Position numbers and translations under genes: made by a program
Source of the DNA: Balanoglossus misakiensis
Lineage: Eukaryota; Animalia; Hemichordata
NCBI GenBank assembly: GCA_040954595.2
Contig: CM082577.2
Span: 17,439,500-17,503,499 of the forward strand
Direction: 5' to 3'
Length of the DNA stretch: 64,000 bases
Notes under the pieces: generated by a model
Database searches by the model: none
Told to the model about the DNA's origin: nothing
Seen by the model: the letters and a program-made list of their open reading frames with translations, nothing else
In this document: positions 53,901 to 64,000 of the stretch, one piece after another
How the letters are laid out: each line of letters begins with the position of its first letter
Numbering within the stretch: position 1 is the first letter of the stretch

Positions 53901-56900
53901 GCCATAGAAAAATCGACTTGTTCAACGTTACCAGTGTGCAACTGTTTCTGCACTAGAGTGTCAGGGTTTTAGCCGACTAGGAAATCTGAGTTGATGAACG
54001 GGAATTCAATGTTAGAAAACCCGAGTGAAAAGTATCTCTACCCGTTTGAAACTAAGAAAAGAATTTATTCTTATTTATTTTGTAAAAGAGACAATTTTTC
54101 GTAAAAAATCGAAAATGGTAATTTTGTCTTGGGTGATTCAAATTATACCGCCTTTTCTGGAATTTGCAGCACTTTTTACAAGAGAACGACACTTCATGCT
54201 CCATAATATTTCCGAAAATGAAGAAAAGAGTTAATTTTTTATGATTTTTTAAAAATTTACCATTTTTGTCAAAATATGGCCAAAATGACTATTTTTTCTT
54301 GAATTCCGTCAATATCTCTGCATTTTTGGAGTGGTCGAAACTTTTAACATACAATCAACATGTCATATATAATCAGGGCACCGAATTCGAAGAACAATTA
54401 AAGCTTTTTTTAATTGTTTTTCTAAAAATGACATTTTCAAGCAAAATTTGATAACATGCAATTTTGTCAGCAGTGAGCCTAATTAGACTGTCTTTTGTGG
54501 AATTTGTATCGATATATACATACGAAGAGCATTCTATACTCCATCAGATTACCGAAAATGTAGAAAACAGTTATTTTTCGTAATTTTCAAAAATTTACCA
54601 TTTTTGACCAAAATGTGGCTAAAATGGTTATTTTCGTGTTGAATGCCGCCAGTGTCACTGCTTTTAAAAGTCATAAAAACTTTTAACATACAAGCAATTG
54701 TTTATATATGATCAGGTCACCGAATTAAAAAAATAAAGAATGTTTTGCCTAAAAATGACCTTTTCAGTGCAAAAATGAATAAATCGCAATTTTGTATTAA
54801 ATCAGCTCATTCAGAGTGCATTTTTTAGAATCAGCACCATTTTTACATATTATGGACATTTCATACATCATCAGATATCCTAATATGAAAAAATTATTTA
54901 CATTTTAGATGATTGTCCAAAATTAGCTGATATCTAATAAATGTAGTATTGAACCGTTCTGTTTGCCCCCCCCCCCCCCTACATTATATGCGGTACGCCG
55001 ATGTCAGCTTACCCGGCAGTACTGCAGGCCGTGCCCCCAACTAACGTCGGTGTTTGAAACGCCCTGGTTAAATTCGGGCTTTCTCTATAAATTGACAGGC
55101 AATAATGCAGTTCTACCCGAACAACCCGCTGTGACTTTCCCTCTTCGGTTTGTCCGACTTAGCCAACGTCTTTGTGCTAGAGTGTCGGGGCTTCAGCTGA
55201 GCCAGGCCGAAGGAAATCCGACTTGATCACCGTTGCTAACGAACGCTAGTGTCTGTCATGGTGTGCCGGGGTTTTAGTCGAGCCAGGCCGTAGGAGATCA
55301 GACTTGATAATCACGGTCAATGTACGCGTGTTTCCGCTCTAAAGTGCCGGGGCTTCAGCTAAGCCAGGCCCTAGGAAATCCGACGTAATCACCGTTGATA
55401 ACTTACGCCAGTCTGTGTCATATAGAGCCGGTGCACCAGCTGAGTCACGCCGTAGGAAATCTGACTTGATCAACGTGGTCAATGTACACCTGTTTCTGCT
55501 CTAGAGTGCCGGGGCTTCAGCTGAGCCAGGCCGTAGGAAACCCGACGTGATTACCGTTGTTAACTCACGCCAGTCTGTGTACAATATATAGTGCCGGGGC
55601 ATCAGTCGTGTCAGGCCGAAGGAAATGTGAGTTGATCAACGTGGTCTCTGTACGCGTGTTTCTGGTCTAGAGTGCCAGGGCTTTAGCCAAGCCATGCCGT
55701 AGGAAATCTGACTTGATCAACGTTGCTACCGAACGCTAGTGTCTGTCAAAGTGTGCCGGGGTTTTAGTCGAGCCAGGCCGTAGAAAAATCGACTTAACGT
55801 TACCAGTGTGCAACTGTTTCTGCTCTAGAGTGTCAGGGTTTATCCGACTTATGCTGTAGGAAATCTGAGTTGATGAACGGGAATTCAATGTTAGAAAACC
55901 CGTGTGGAAAGTTACTCTACCCGTTTGAAACTAAGAAAAGAATTTATTCTTATTTATTTTGTAAAATTGACAATTTTTCGAAAAAAAGTTGAAAATGGTA
56001 ATTTTGTCTTGGGTGATTCAAATTATACCGCCTTTTCTGGAATTTGCAGCACTTTTTACAAGAGAACGACACTTCGTGCTCCATAAAATTTCTGAAAATG
56101 AAGAAAAGAGTTATTTTTTTATGATTTTATAAAAATTTACCATTTTTGTCAAAATATGGACAAAATGGCTATTTTTTCTTAAATTCCGTCAATATCTCTG
56201 CATTTTTGGAGTGGTCGAAAGTTTTAACATACAATCAACATGTCATATATGATCAGGGCACCAAATTCGAAGAACAAAGGTTTTTTTATTTTTTTTTCTA
56301 AAAATGACATTTTCAAGGAAAATTTGGTAAAACGCAATTTTGTCTGCAGTGAGCCAAATTAGACGGTCTTTTGTGGAATTTGTATCGATATATACATACG
56401 AAGAGCATTCTATACTCCATACTATACTATACTTCCGAAAATGTAGAAAACAGGTATTTTTTGTAATTTTCTAAAATTTACCATTTTGACCAAATTGTGG
56501 CTAAAATTGTTATTTTCGTGTTGAATGCCGCCAGTTTCACTGCTTTTAAAAGTCATAAAAACTTTTAACATACAAGCAATTGTTTATATATGATCAGGTC
56601 ACCGAATTAAAAAAAATAAAGAATGTTTTGCCTAAAAATGACCTTTTTGGTGCAAAAACGAATAAATCGCAATTTTGTATTAAATCAGCTCATTCAGAGT
56701 GCATTTTTTAGAATCAGCACCATTTTTACATATAATGGAAATTTCATACATCATCAGATATCCAAATATGAAAAAATGATTTAGATTTTAGATGATTGTC
56801 CAAAATTAGCTGATATCTAATAAATGTAGTATTGAACCGTTCTGTTCCCCCCCCCCCTACATTATATGCGGTACGCCGATGTCAGCTTACCCGGCAGTAC

Positions 56901-57359
56901 TGCAGGCCGTGCCCCCAACTAACGTCGGTGTTTGAAACGCCCTGGTTAAATTCGGGCTTTCTCTATAAATTGACAGGCAATACTGCAGTCCTACCCGAAC
57001 AACCCGCTGTGACTTTCCCTCTTCGGTTTGTCCGACTTAGCCAACGCAATTTACGTTTTTCCAGAAAAGCGAATTACATTATACTATATACTGTTCATAA
57101 TTTAGCAGACAATTTTGTCAACGTATCTAACGTGTTTTGGTGACATTATGTGGCTTCTCAAATTACTAAACGTATGTGATAGTAAAATGTTACTGTTTGG
57201 CGACCATTTAGTACAGTATTGCAATTGCCTTTTCTTTACTTTTGCAGAAAGAAAGTTGGCGAAGAGATGTCAGAGGTTTGTAAGTAAACACAAATAAAAA
57301 CATGCCAGTGCACGCATCCCCGAATCCTGGCAGGGTATCAGTAGTGAAGCGTCACAAAC

Positions 57360-57416
57360 ACCCCCCCCCCCAAAAAAAAAAAACAAAAAACAAAAAAAAA
57401 CAAAAAAAAAAACAAA
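57360..57416. repeat. Low-complexity poly-C plus (C)A-rich tract
   Basis: Run of C followed by aaaaaaaaaaaacaaaaaacaaaaaaaaacaaaaaaaaaaacaaa. Confidence 0.9.
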
Positions 57417-57419
57417 GAG

Positions 57420-59341
57420 GAATGAGTCCTCGGAAGACACCTAAATAAAGAAACTCATCATGGCAAATGCGATTCTAGGTGAAATCAAAGAGTCAAAGAC
57501 ACAAAACAAATTGTAATCCATCGTGTGATAAGTAGCAAAATAATAAAACGCTCTCGTTGTATTTCCCTTCTACACAGGAGCATTAATTGGTATTTCAAAA
57601 TCTTGTATTTTGAATACTAATACAAAAACAATATAGTTACATAAACGAGCACGACTAATGCTTGCTAGGGCGTGTTTAAAACATCGGGTCATCGATTTCA
57701 TGAAACGAGATGATGTATAAGCATTCCCATGCCAGGAAAAATGATGTGAAATCGTATGAAGGAGAAACACATTAAAGCCGCATACTCAATGATTATCTCT
57801 CCAATGTGTACGAGAAATTCAAAGCTGATCACCCAGAAATAAAGATATTGCTATCTTTATTCTGCTCATTGAGACCCAAATAAATCCTGTATTTCGCGAA
57901 ATACATGTCTCTGTATCAAACACCAAAACATGGCAATGGTGCTTAATTAAATGTCTGCAGGTACAATAATCCAGAAGTTGTGTGTAGACAGGTGACGAAT
58001 GATGAGATGGAGGCTATCCTAGTTAATATACAGAACGATGAAGTTGAATTTGATACATGGAGAAGAGTGGAAGCTGATGGAAAGAAACGAATGAAAATTG
58101 TACGTGAAAAGAAAAGCAAGGATGACTTCATAGCTGTAATGAAGAGTGCCCACGCAGAGTTTTTGAGGCACGTCGATCGAGAGAAAAAACTTACACAATA
58201 TGCTGCTTTGAGGCGTCTAAAAGATAACCTTCCCAAAGATCACATCATCCTTCAAATGGACTTTGCTGAGAACTTTACATGTGGAAGCATGGATGAAGTG
58301 CAGAGTGCTTACTGGAATGTTACAAATGTCCCACTTCACCCTGTTGTTGCGTACTACCGCACAAATGACGACAATCTTGAACATAAGAATTACATCTTCG
58401 TATATGATGTATACCAACACAATTCAATCGATGTTGTCACAATCATCAATATTCTCACAAAAGAATTGCGAGAAACGTTTCCAGAAGCAAAGGTTATTCA
58501 TTACTGGACAGACAGTCCCTCATCCCAATATCGTAACTGGTTTGTGATCGACACAGTTGTACATCACTACGAGAGGCATCATGGGTTTCATGTTCGTTGG
58601 AATTATTTCGAAAGTGGTCACGGGAAAGGTCCATGTGATGGGCTTGGTGGCTCTGCCAAGCGACAAGCAGCTGATGTCATTAAGCAAGGAAAATCGACCA
58701 TCCAGGATGCCAACGATTTCTTTGTATGTGCTTCAAGAAATGAGAAATCGATACCTTATCGATTTTATTCTGATCCCGAATATCAAGAAACATCCAAAGA
58801 GCTAGATATGTGCACTGCCAACACCATACCGGGTACCATTAAAAGGTCCAAAGGTGAGCTTTACACCAGAGATGTTTCTAGTTACTGTCAAATATGTCTC
58901 TTTGGTGATCAGTGTGGAGGATGGACCAGGAGTAACAAGAAGAATCCTGCCTTGCCCACAGAAAACAACTTGTCATCCGCTACAGTTACATGTACAAACC
59001 GCAATCGCGATGATGTCAATCATGTTGCCGCGGAAGGTGATTATGTCGCAGCTCTGTATGACTGTCAGAGGTACATTGGTCGAGTCATCGAGTATGACGA
59101 CACTAGTACTGATGATGATTATAACATTAGGCCTACATTCATGGAACCAGCTCATGGGAAAATAAAACACCCGACATACAAATGACCAACAAGAGTTGAC
59201 ACTTTGTGGATTAAGCCAAGTGACATAATCTGTACAATAGATGAGCCGAAACCAACAGGGAAAAGCAGGCGTCAATTTATCATTGCAGAGGAAGACAATG
59301 AAAATATAGCGGCTTTGGTTGCAATTCGCGGCTTAGAATAG
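57420..59341 (+). pseudogene. Disrupted DDD transposase gene, Sola2-like DNA transposon remnant
   Basis: ORF 57980-59185 has QMDFAENF...QSAYW...LHPVV, WTDSPSSQYRN and WNYFESGHGKGPCDGLGG (putative catalytic Asp codons at 58259, 58511, 58637). Upstream frameshifted or stop-interrupted pieces read IKKLIMANAILGEIK, RVIDFMKRDDV*, MPGK, RILNDYLSNVYEKFK..FCSLRPK*, RNTCLCIKHQNMA. Past the TGA at 59183-59185 the frame continues (YK*PTRVDTLWI...GLE*) to 59341, consistent with a TGG>TGA nonsense change. The Sola2 label is from my recall of motifs, not a search. Confidence 0.85.
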
Positions 59342-59812
59342 TACTGTCTGCATTTCCCAGATGTGTCCGTAGACACCACGTCCATTTATACCGAGCAGAT
59401 GTAAAATGCTGTGCAGTACAGTACATGAACATAAGTTTGCATCGGATACGTTAAGTTCATGTTTATGTAAAAAAGTACTTACGAGTTCGATTTTTGATAG
59501 TTTCTTCTTTGAAATTGAACTGAGGTTGAACCCAATTTGCGTTATTTTTGAAAACAATTAAATATCGAAAAATGTGATTCCCACATGCATATTCAAAGTC
59601 TAGCATTTGATTTAAGAGAAACCCAACTTTTCCTTGTGTTATTTGCAATTTCAAGTATTATATTTATTACCATTTTAAATGTTCCAGAATATGTAATTGT
59701 TTACAACATCTTATATTCGTTTGAAAGCAGTGTCCAGTATACCCAGGGAAACATACCGGTACATGTACTCGAATGATTGTGTTTCCATGAAATACACTGC
59801 TAGTTTAGACTG

Positions 59813-59881
59813 AAAGATTCAGTCGTTTGCGGGCGCTCCGAGTCATAGGAAACGCGCCGGAGCGCCCGCACACGAATCTTT
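59813..59881. repeat. GC-rich inverted repeat (hairpin), possibly a tiny palindromic MITE
   Basis: tgcgggcgctccg (59828-59840) is the exact reverse complement of cggagcgcccgca (59858-59870). It extends to 17/18 bp and, across a bulge, to aaagat/atcttt. Confidence 0.8.
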
Positions 59882-59883
59882 AG

Positions 59884-60012
59884 CTTAGGAACGGCCAATT
59901 AATACGGGCGGGGGGGGGGGCAAATCAGAGGGGTGTGGTCCCCTTATTTTGCAGTCTGCGAAAGGGCGTGGTCATCAAGTTTAGAATATGGCTGGGGGTC
60001 ACCTTTTTTTTC
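59884..60012. mobile_element. Probable degraded end of a small non-autonomous DNA transposon (G-tract family)
   Basis: ttaggaacggccaattaatacgggc plus a G-run, followed by spaced ggg..ggtca/tttt motifs. Similar motifs and a C-rich end (ataactgaacg) occur at 60700-60848. No clean TIR/TSD pair is visible. Confidence 0.3.
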
Positions 60013-62922
60013 ATCACGCAACACACTGAAAAAATGTATAACAAAACCAGTAACTCTCTTGTTTGAAACATATGGTTTAATAATTTAAGTTACATATACA
60101 ACCTCTTATATTTAAAAGTAAATAATCAAAATATTGATAAAATCTTGAATGAAAACTGTAAATATATCAATATGTCAAAGTTAATGCCATTAGAAATATT
60201 TTGCAGTGACCATCCATTTACAGAATTACCAATGAATACATACCCAAATATAGTAGCCCACAAGTACCCAGGAGTAAGAAAACTATAAACATTTTAACCA
60301 CTGTTTTGTTTCTTCCAATATGGACATGTTTTACCACAGTAACAATTATGACGGTTGTTGCACCATAATCAAGTGTCATCTTGTATGATAATTACAGTTT
60401 ACAGGAACCCAGCTATTACACAGTGCCGAAATATGCAGCAAACCTGGAACAAAGTGTATATGTCATAAAATTAAACTCTATATTGTAATTGTCTGGCCAG
60501 AGAATTTGTGTTCACGATTTTGGAAAAGTTTAGGTACTGATGGGGTTAAAAGCTTCTAAAATGTGTATGAAATGTTTTGTTGAGTGTTGTGAAATGATCA
60601 ATCACATGCAAAGTGATCATAAATCAATAAATTTATTGAAATACTGACAATCGTGCCACAATTATTATGCCACTGTTGTCCCAGTGTGTGTGTGTGTGTG
60701 GTGGGCATCATAATTTTTCCTAATCTCAAGGGGGAGTCATCAGTTTTTTGTAAGTGGGATTCAGGTGGATCTGTTTTTTTATGAACCATCGACAAGAACA
60801 GCCCCTACCCTCTCCTCCCTTCGCTGTGATAACTGAACGTGTACACTACAAGATAATGTTTTCTAATGTTGACATAGACATTAATCCTTTAATAACCAAG
60901 TGGGGTATGAGGGATCAAGCAGAGTCTTTCAATTAAAATACATCACCGTACACATCTGATTGAGTTATAAATGGATGCAGACCGTAATGTCATTTACGTG
61001 ACTGATTGCTCTTCGCCAGCCGTTAACGAAGTTTATGGACTGGAAATATTTGTTCAGGGAAATTTCTCAGGAATCACATAAGACTTTAACAAAGTCAGTT
61101 TGGCATCTTGGAATCATGCTGGCCTTTGTCACAAATGAAACATTTTTGGGCAAATGATAAGCCTTATGTGCCAGACACATGTGGCACACTGACCAATGGG
61201 TATCTCCTGTGGCCTGCCCCATTCACATGTAATATACTACATGTACAGGCTAGTCGTCAGTAGCTGTTCTTTTTCCTGTCATGCAGATATTTCATCATGG
61301 TTGATTTCCTATTGATTATCAACATTTTAAGCTGCAAAACATCAGAGAATGCAGTTGAAATAGTTACATGAATAAAAGGACATTGTTTAAGACCGCCCAT
61401 AGTAGAGTACTCGGGCAAATTTTGAAACATATTTTGGTGACTTTGAGTTCATAATTATGCTCAATTCAAACAATGAGACAGTCTCTACCACAATTATGAG
61501 TTGAAAGTAAATGGTTATGAACATCATGATGAAAGACATGTACATATAATTTCTGAGAGACAAATTAGTGACTTTGATTGGTCATTTGTGACTGTACGAT
61601 CATAATCAACGTTGTTCGACAACTTCATGAAATGACATCATCAGAAGCAACTGGTTATTCACACCCATTCTTGACAACATGCTTACAATCTACGATAGAA
61701 GTGTTTACAAGTTAACAACTTGAAGACAGTGCATATAACAGTAGAAGTATTTTAAAGCTAGAAAAATGTTAAAGACATGTATGAGTAGATTCAACAGTTT
61801 AACTGGGTAAAATCGATTGGCGCAAAGAAAGCCATCTTACACTCTAAACATCCTACACTAAGTCATTAAAACTACAGTATGGTACATACATGTAACTACC
61901 AACAAGAGTATATTTAATCTCTAGACACATTTGAATATTTGATACAAACAGGAGACAAAGATATTTAACTATTGTGATAATAAATAAAACCCAAACTTAA
62001 ATTTGACCCAGTGACTGACAACTTCTCCATCGATCATTCCCAAAATCTTCATTATGCCCAATAGGCACTTCATAATAGACAGGTTTGGCTACACGTTTGC
62101 GTTTACATAAGACGTTCAGATATAGAAAGCATATGGCTTCATGTCAACTTCTGTTTGTGTGCCATGCGCACTCTGTATTCAAAATTTGAGCATGAACATC
62201 GTTACACCGTGTCGCAGCACTGCAACTATAGTTTCAACCGTCGGGTGACCATACAAATTGATGACCACCTTTCACATACAATGACCAAAAAGAAACAAAT
62301 CATGTTTGCATGTGTCACTATGAGATACCAAGCTAACAAGGCACACACATATTTCGTAGGTACATTGTAGTACCCCATGATTTTTTGCTGGCCAAAAATG
62401 GGAATAACTTCTCACATTGGTTTCAAACGTCAAATCCCCTATTTCTATGTAAAAACGCAAAGCCAAATTACATGAACATCAATCTTTGCACAAAACTGGA
62501 TGACGTCATCATAGAAATTTGTGACATTGTGTGTTCACGTTCAGGTAAAATGCGTAGCCTAACCAGTCTAATATTATGATTATTACTTGAACCTGAAATG
62601 CCAGGGAGGCACACAGCTGATGCTCACCTGTGCAGCCAGCATCATGACAAGTCTATAAGCACACACACACACACTGTTACATGTTGTTGTCATCAACCTC
62701 TATGAGCACACATCACAATCAGGCCATAGTCTCAAACCACACATTTACAGAAGCTGAACCTAAAACATGCATCACATGAGTACAGTACAGACAGTGTTCT
62801 CCAGCCGAAATGAGACATGCCATATCACAGAATGAGACAATACATTACTTTGTGGGTACACACCACTAGAAATTCAACCTGTCACCTAAGATTTGTTGTC
62901 CGTGAATCTACCATACACACAT

Positions 62923-63128
62923 CTATAGAATTTGGTTTTCATAACATTGAGTTAGATCTTGTAAGTTTTCCAGACTATGTGAGTAGTCATCCACTTCAAG
63001 TCCACTGTTCAAGTAATGATGGAATTTATTGATGTCTAGTTTCTTGCCCTCTGTATGCAGTGATGTCAGTAGATTTTCCATGCATGATGTTGATTGTAAT
63101 GCTGCCATCACAGGTATGCTTTCAACAG
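62923..63128 (-). CDS. MSTO1: Misato homolog 1 (tubulin/FtsZ-like mitochondrial fusion factor), final coding exon
   Basis: Acceptor ttgtattttcag at 63129-63140 (minus strand). The exon encodes (A)VESIPVMAALQSTSCMENLLTSLHTEGKKLDINKFHHYLNSGLEVDDYSHSLENLQDLTQCYENQIL*, which matches the MSTO1 C-terminus as I recall it (AVESIPV...L..L.QCY). TAG at 62923-62925. Confidence 0.9.
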
Positions 63129-63244
63129 CTGAAAATACAAAACATACATTTATGAAAAATAACCCTTCCAAGGTTAGTACTTCACCCTGCACTACCACCC
63201 TGGTCTACACAACAAAACCTTTCAAGGCGTTATAACCATATTAA

Positions 63245-63550
63245 CCCTAACGCTGCCAAGTTGGGTGAAACTGGTTTGGTTTCCAGGGTGCCTAGAATCC
63301 TGGCAACCAGGCCTGTTTAGGCTGCCAAGTGTGTGTTATTCAGTAGGGCCTATACAAGACCCTCAGACCAATACAGTGCAAACCAGTGCGATTTGGTACA
63401 TTTTACGGGGGGTTCAGACTGCCAAGTGTGTCTCAGTACGTATGAGAGCACTGTCAAGACAGTCAAAATATGTTTGAGAAGAAAAATAGCACATATATAT
63501 TTTAAGGGACTGGACATTCTAAACAGGTATGTCACCCAGCAGCATTAGGG
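63245..63550. mobile_element. 306-bp piggyBac-type MITE in the last MSTO1 intron
   Basis: TTAA (63241-63244) CCCTAACGCTGC ... GCAGCATTAGGG TTAA (63551-63554). The TIR matches 11/12, with a further tgggtga/tcaccca match. CCC/GGG termini with TTAA are piggyBac hallmarks. Confidence 0.8.
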
Positions 63551-63628
63551 TTAAATCCTTCCCCGTCATTTCCGGCACAATAAACCCAACACACTTATCT
63601 TGTACTACTACTAGAGGAATATACTCAC

Positions 63629-63744
63629 CAGCTGTTGAAGGTCTATCTCCATCACATTGTAGACCATTTTTATTAATTTTTGCACTGAATAGATGTGGAT
63701 ATGGTGTTACAGTCTGACATGGTTGTTGTATGCACACACTTGAG
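63629..63744 (-). CDS. MSTO1: Misato homolog 1, penultimate coding exon
   Basis: Acceptor ...ttttgtcactgcag and donor GTGAGT; 116 bp encoding SSVCIQQPCQTVTPYPHLFSAKINKNGLQCDGDRPSTA (PC...PYPHLFS motif). The phase-1 junction G+CT gives Ala and joins the last exon in frame. Upstream exons are not identified within the window. Confidence 0.9.
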
Positions 63745-64000
63745 CTGCAGTGACAAAATACAAACACAAACTTACAGTGGTGCTGTAACCAGAAAATAAG
63801 ATGTCTGTTCATAAAACTAGTCAAGATGACAACTGGAATTCCAGAAAAACAACACTTTCATTTCACAAAAAAAGTTGATCATGTCACCCTTGGTTTTATA
63901 TATGTGGGTACATGCATGCATGTTGCGATTAAAAATATGCAACTACATATACTCTGTTCTGGATGGATCCGATGGATTGATGTTTCTGGGTGATATTGAT

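Larger units (their letters stand above)
1..57046. repeat. Tandem macrosatellite, ~2.04 kb unit, about 28 copies in the window, left end outside the window
   Basis: The same anchor (aaaacccgtgtggaaag) recurs at about 385, 2430, 4474, 6523, 8572, 10610, 12649, 15487, 17526, 19569, 21610, 23406, 25437, 26023, 28065, 30111, 32148, 34022, 35900, 37947, 39825, 41377, 43415, 45457, 47508, 49877, 51986, 54025 and 55904; modal spacing is 2037-2049 bp. Copies are nearly identical. The array ends at ...gacttagccaacg (57046). Confidence 0.99.

Noticed and set aside
385-56086. Repeated 60-100 aa ORFs (MESIST..., MSKYGQ..., MNRSVP...) as a tandem gene family
   Set aside because: Mostly non-ATG starts, F/K-rich low-complexity translations, frames opened and closed by homopolymer length changes, and no recognisable domain.
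60076-60637. Candidate MSTO1 poly(A) signals on the minus strand (ATTAAA at 60076-60081, AATAAA at 60632-60637)
   Set aside because: Cannot be told apart from chance hexamers in AT-rich DNA without transcript data.

Overview
Eukaryotic (animal, probably marine invertebrate) genomic DNA; no prokaryotic features. Bases 1-57046 are the right-hand end of a head-to-tail macrosatellite of about 28 copies of a ~2.04 kb non-coding unit. Each unit has three parts: an AT-rich block of degenerate ~165-bp monomers organised as ~330-bp dimers, a ~230-bp unique linker (poly-C tract plus a stem-loop), and a GC/CpG-rich block with 11 core motifs spaced exactly 81 bp apart in A/B alternation (162-bp dimer). 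Unit length varies mostly by multiples of 81 bp, there are incipient higher-order repeats, and the copies at the array edge are more divergent and look more ancestral. One unit carries a 795-bp TTAA-flanked MITE with ~140-bp TIRs. The array stops abruptly against a decayed DDD transposase (Sola2-like, ~57.4-59.3 kb). After that come small repeat remnants and, on the minus strand, the last two coding exons of a Misato/MSTO1 homolog, whose last intron holds a piggyBac-type MITE. The short ORFs repeated through the array are by-products of the repeat. I cannot demonstrate a new functional system from sequence alone; the composite macrosatellite architecture is the best lead.
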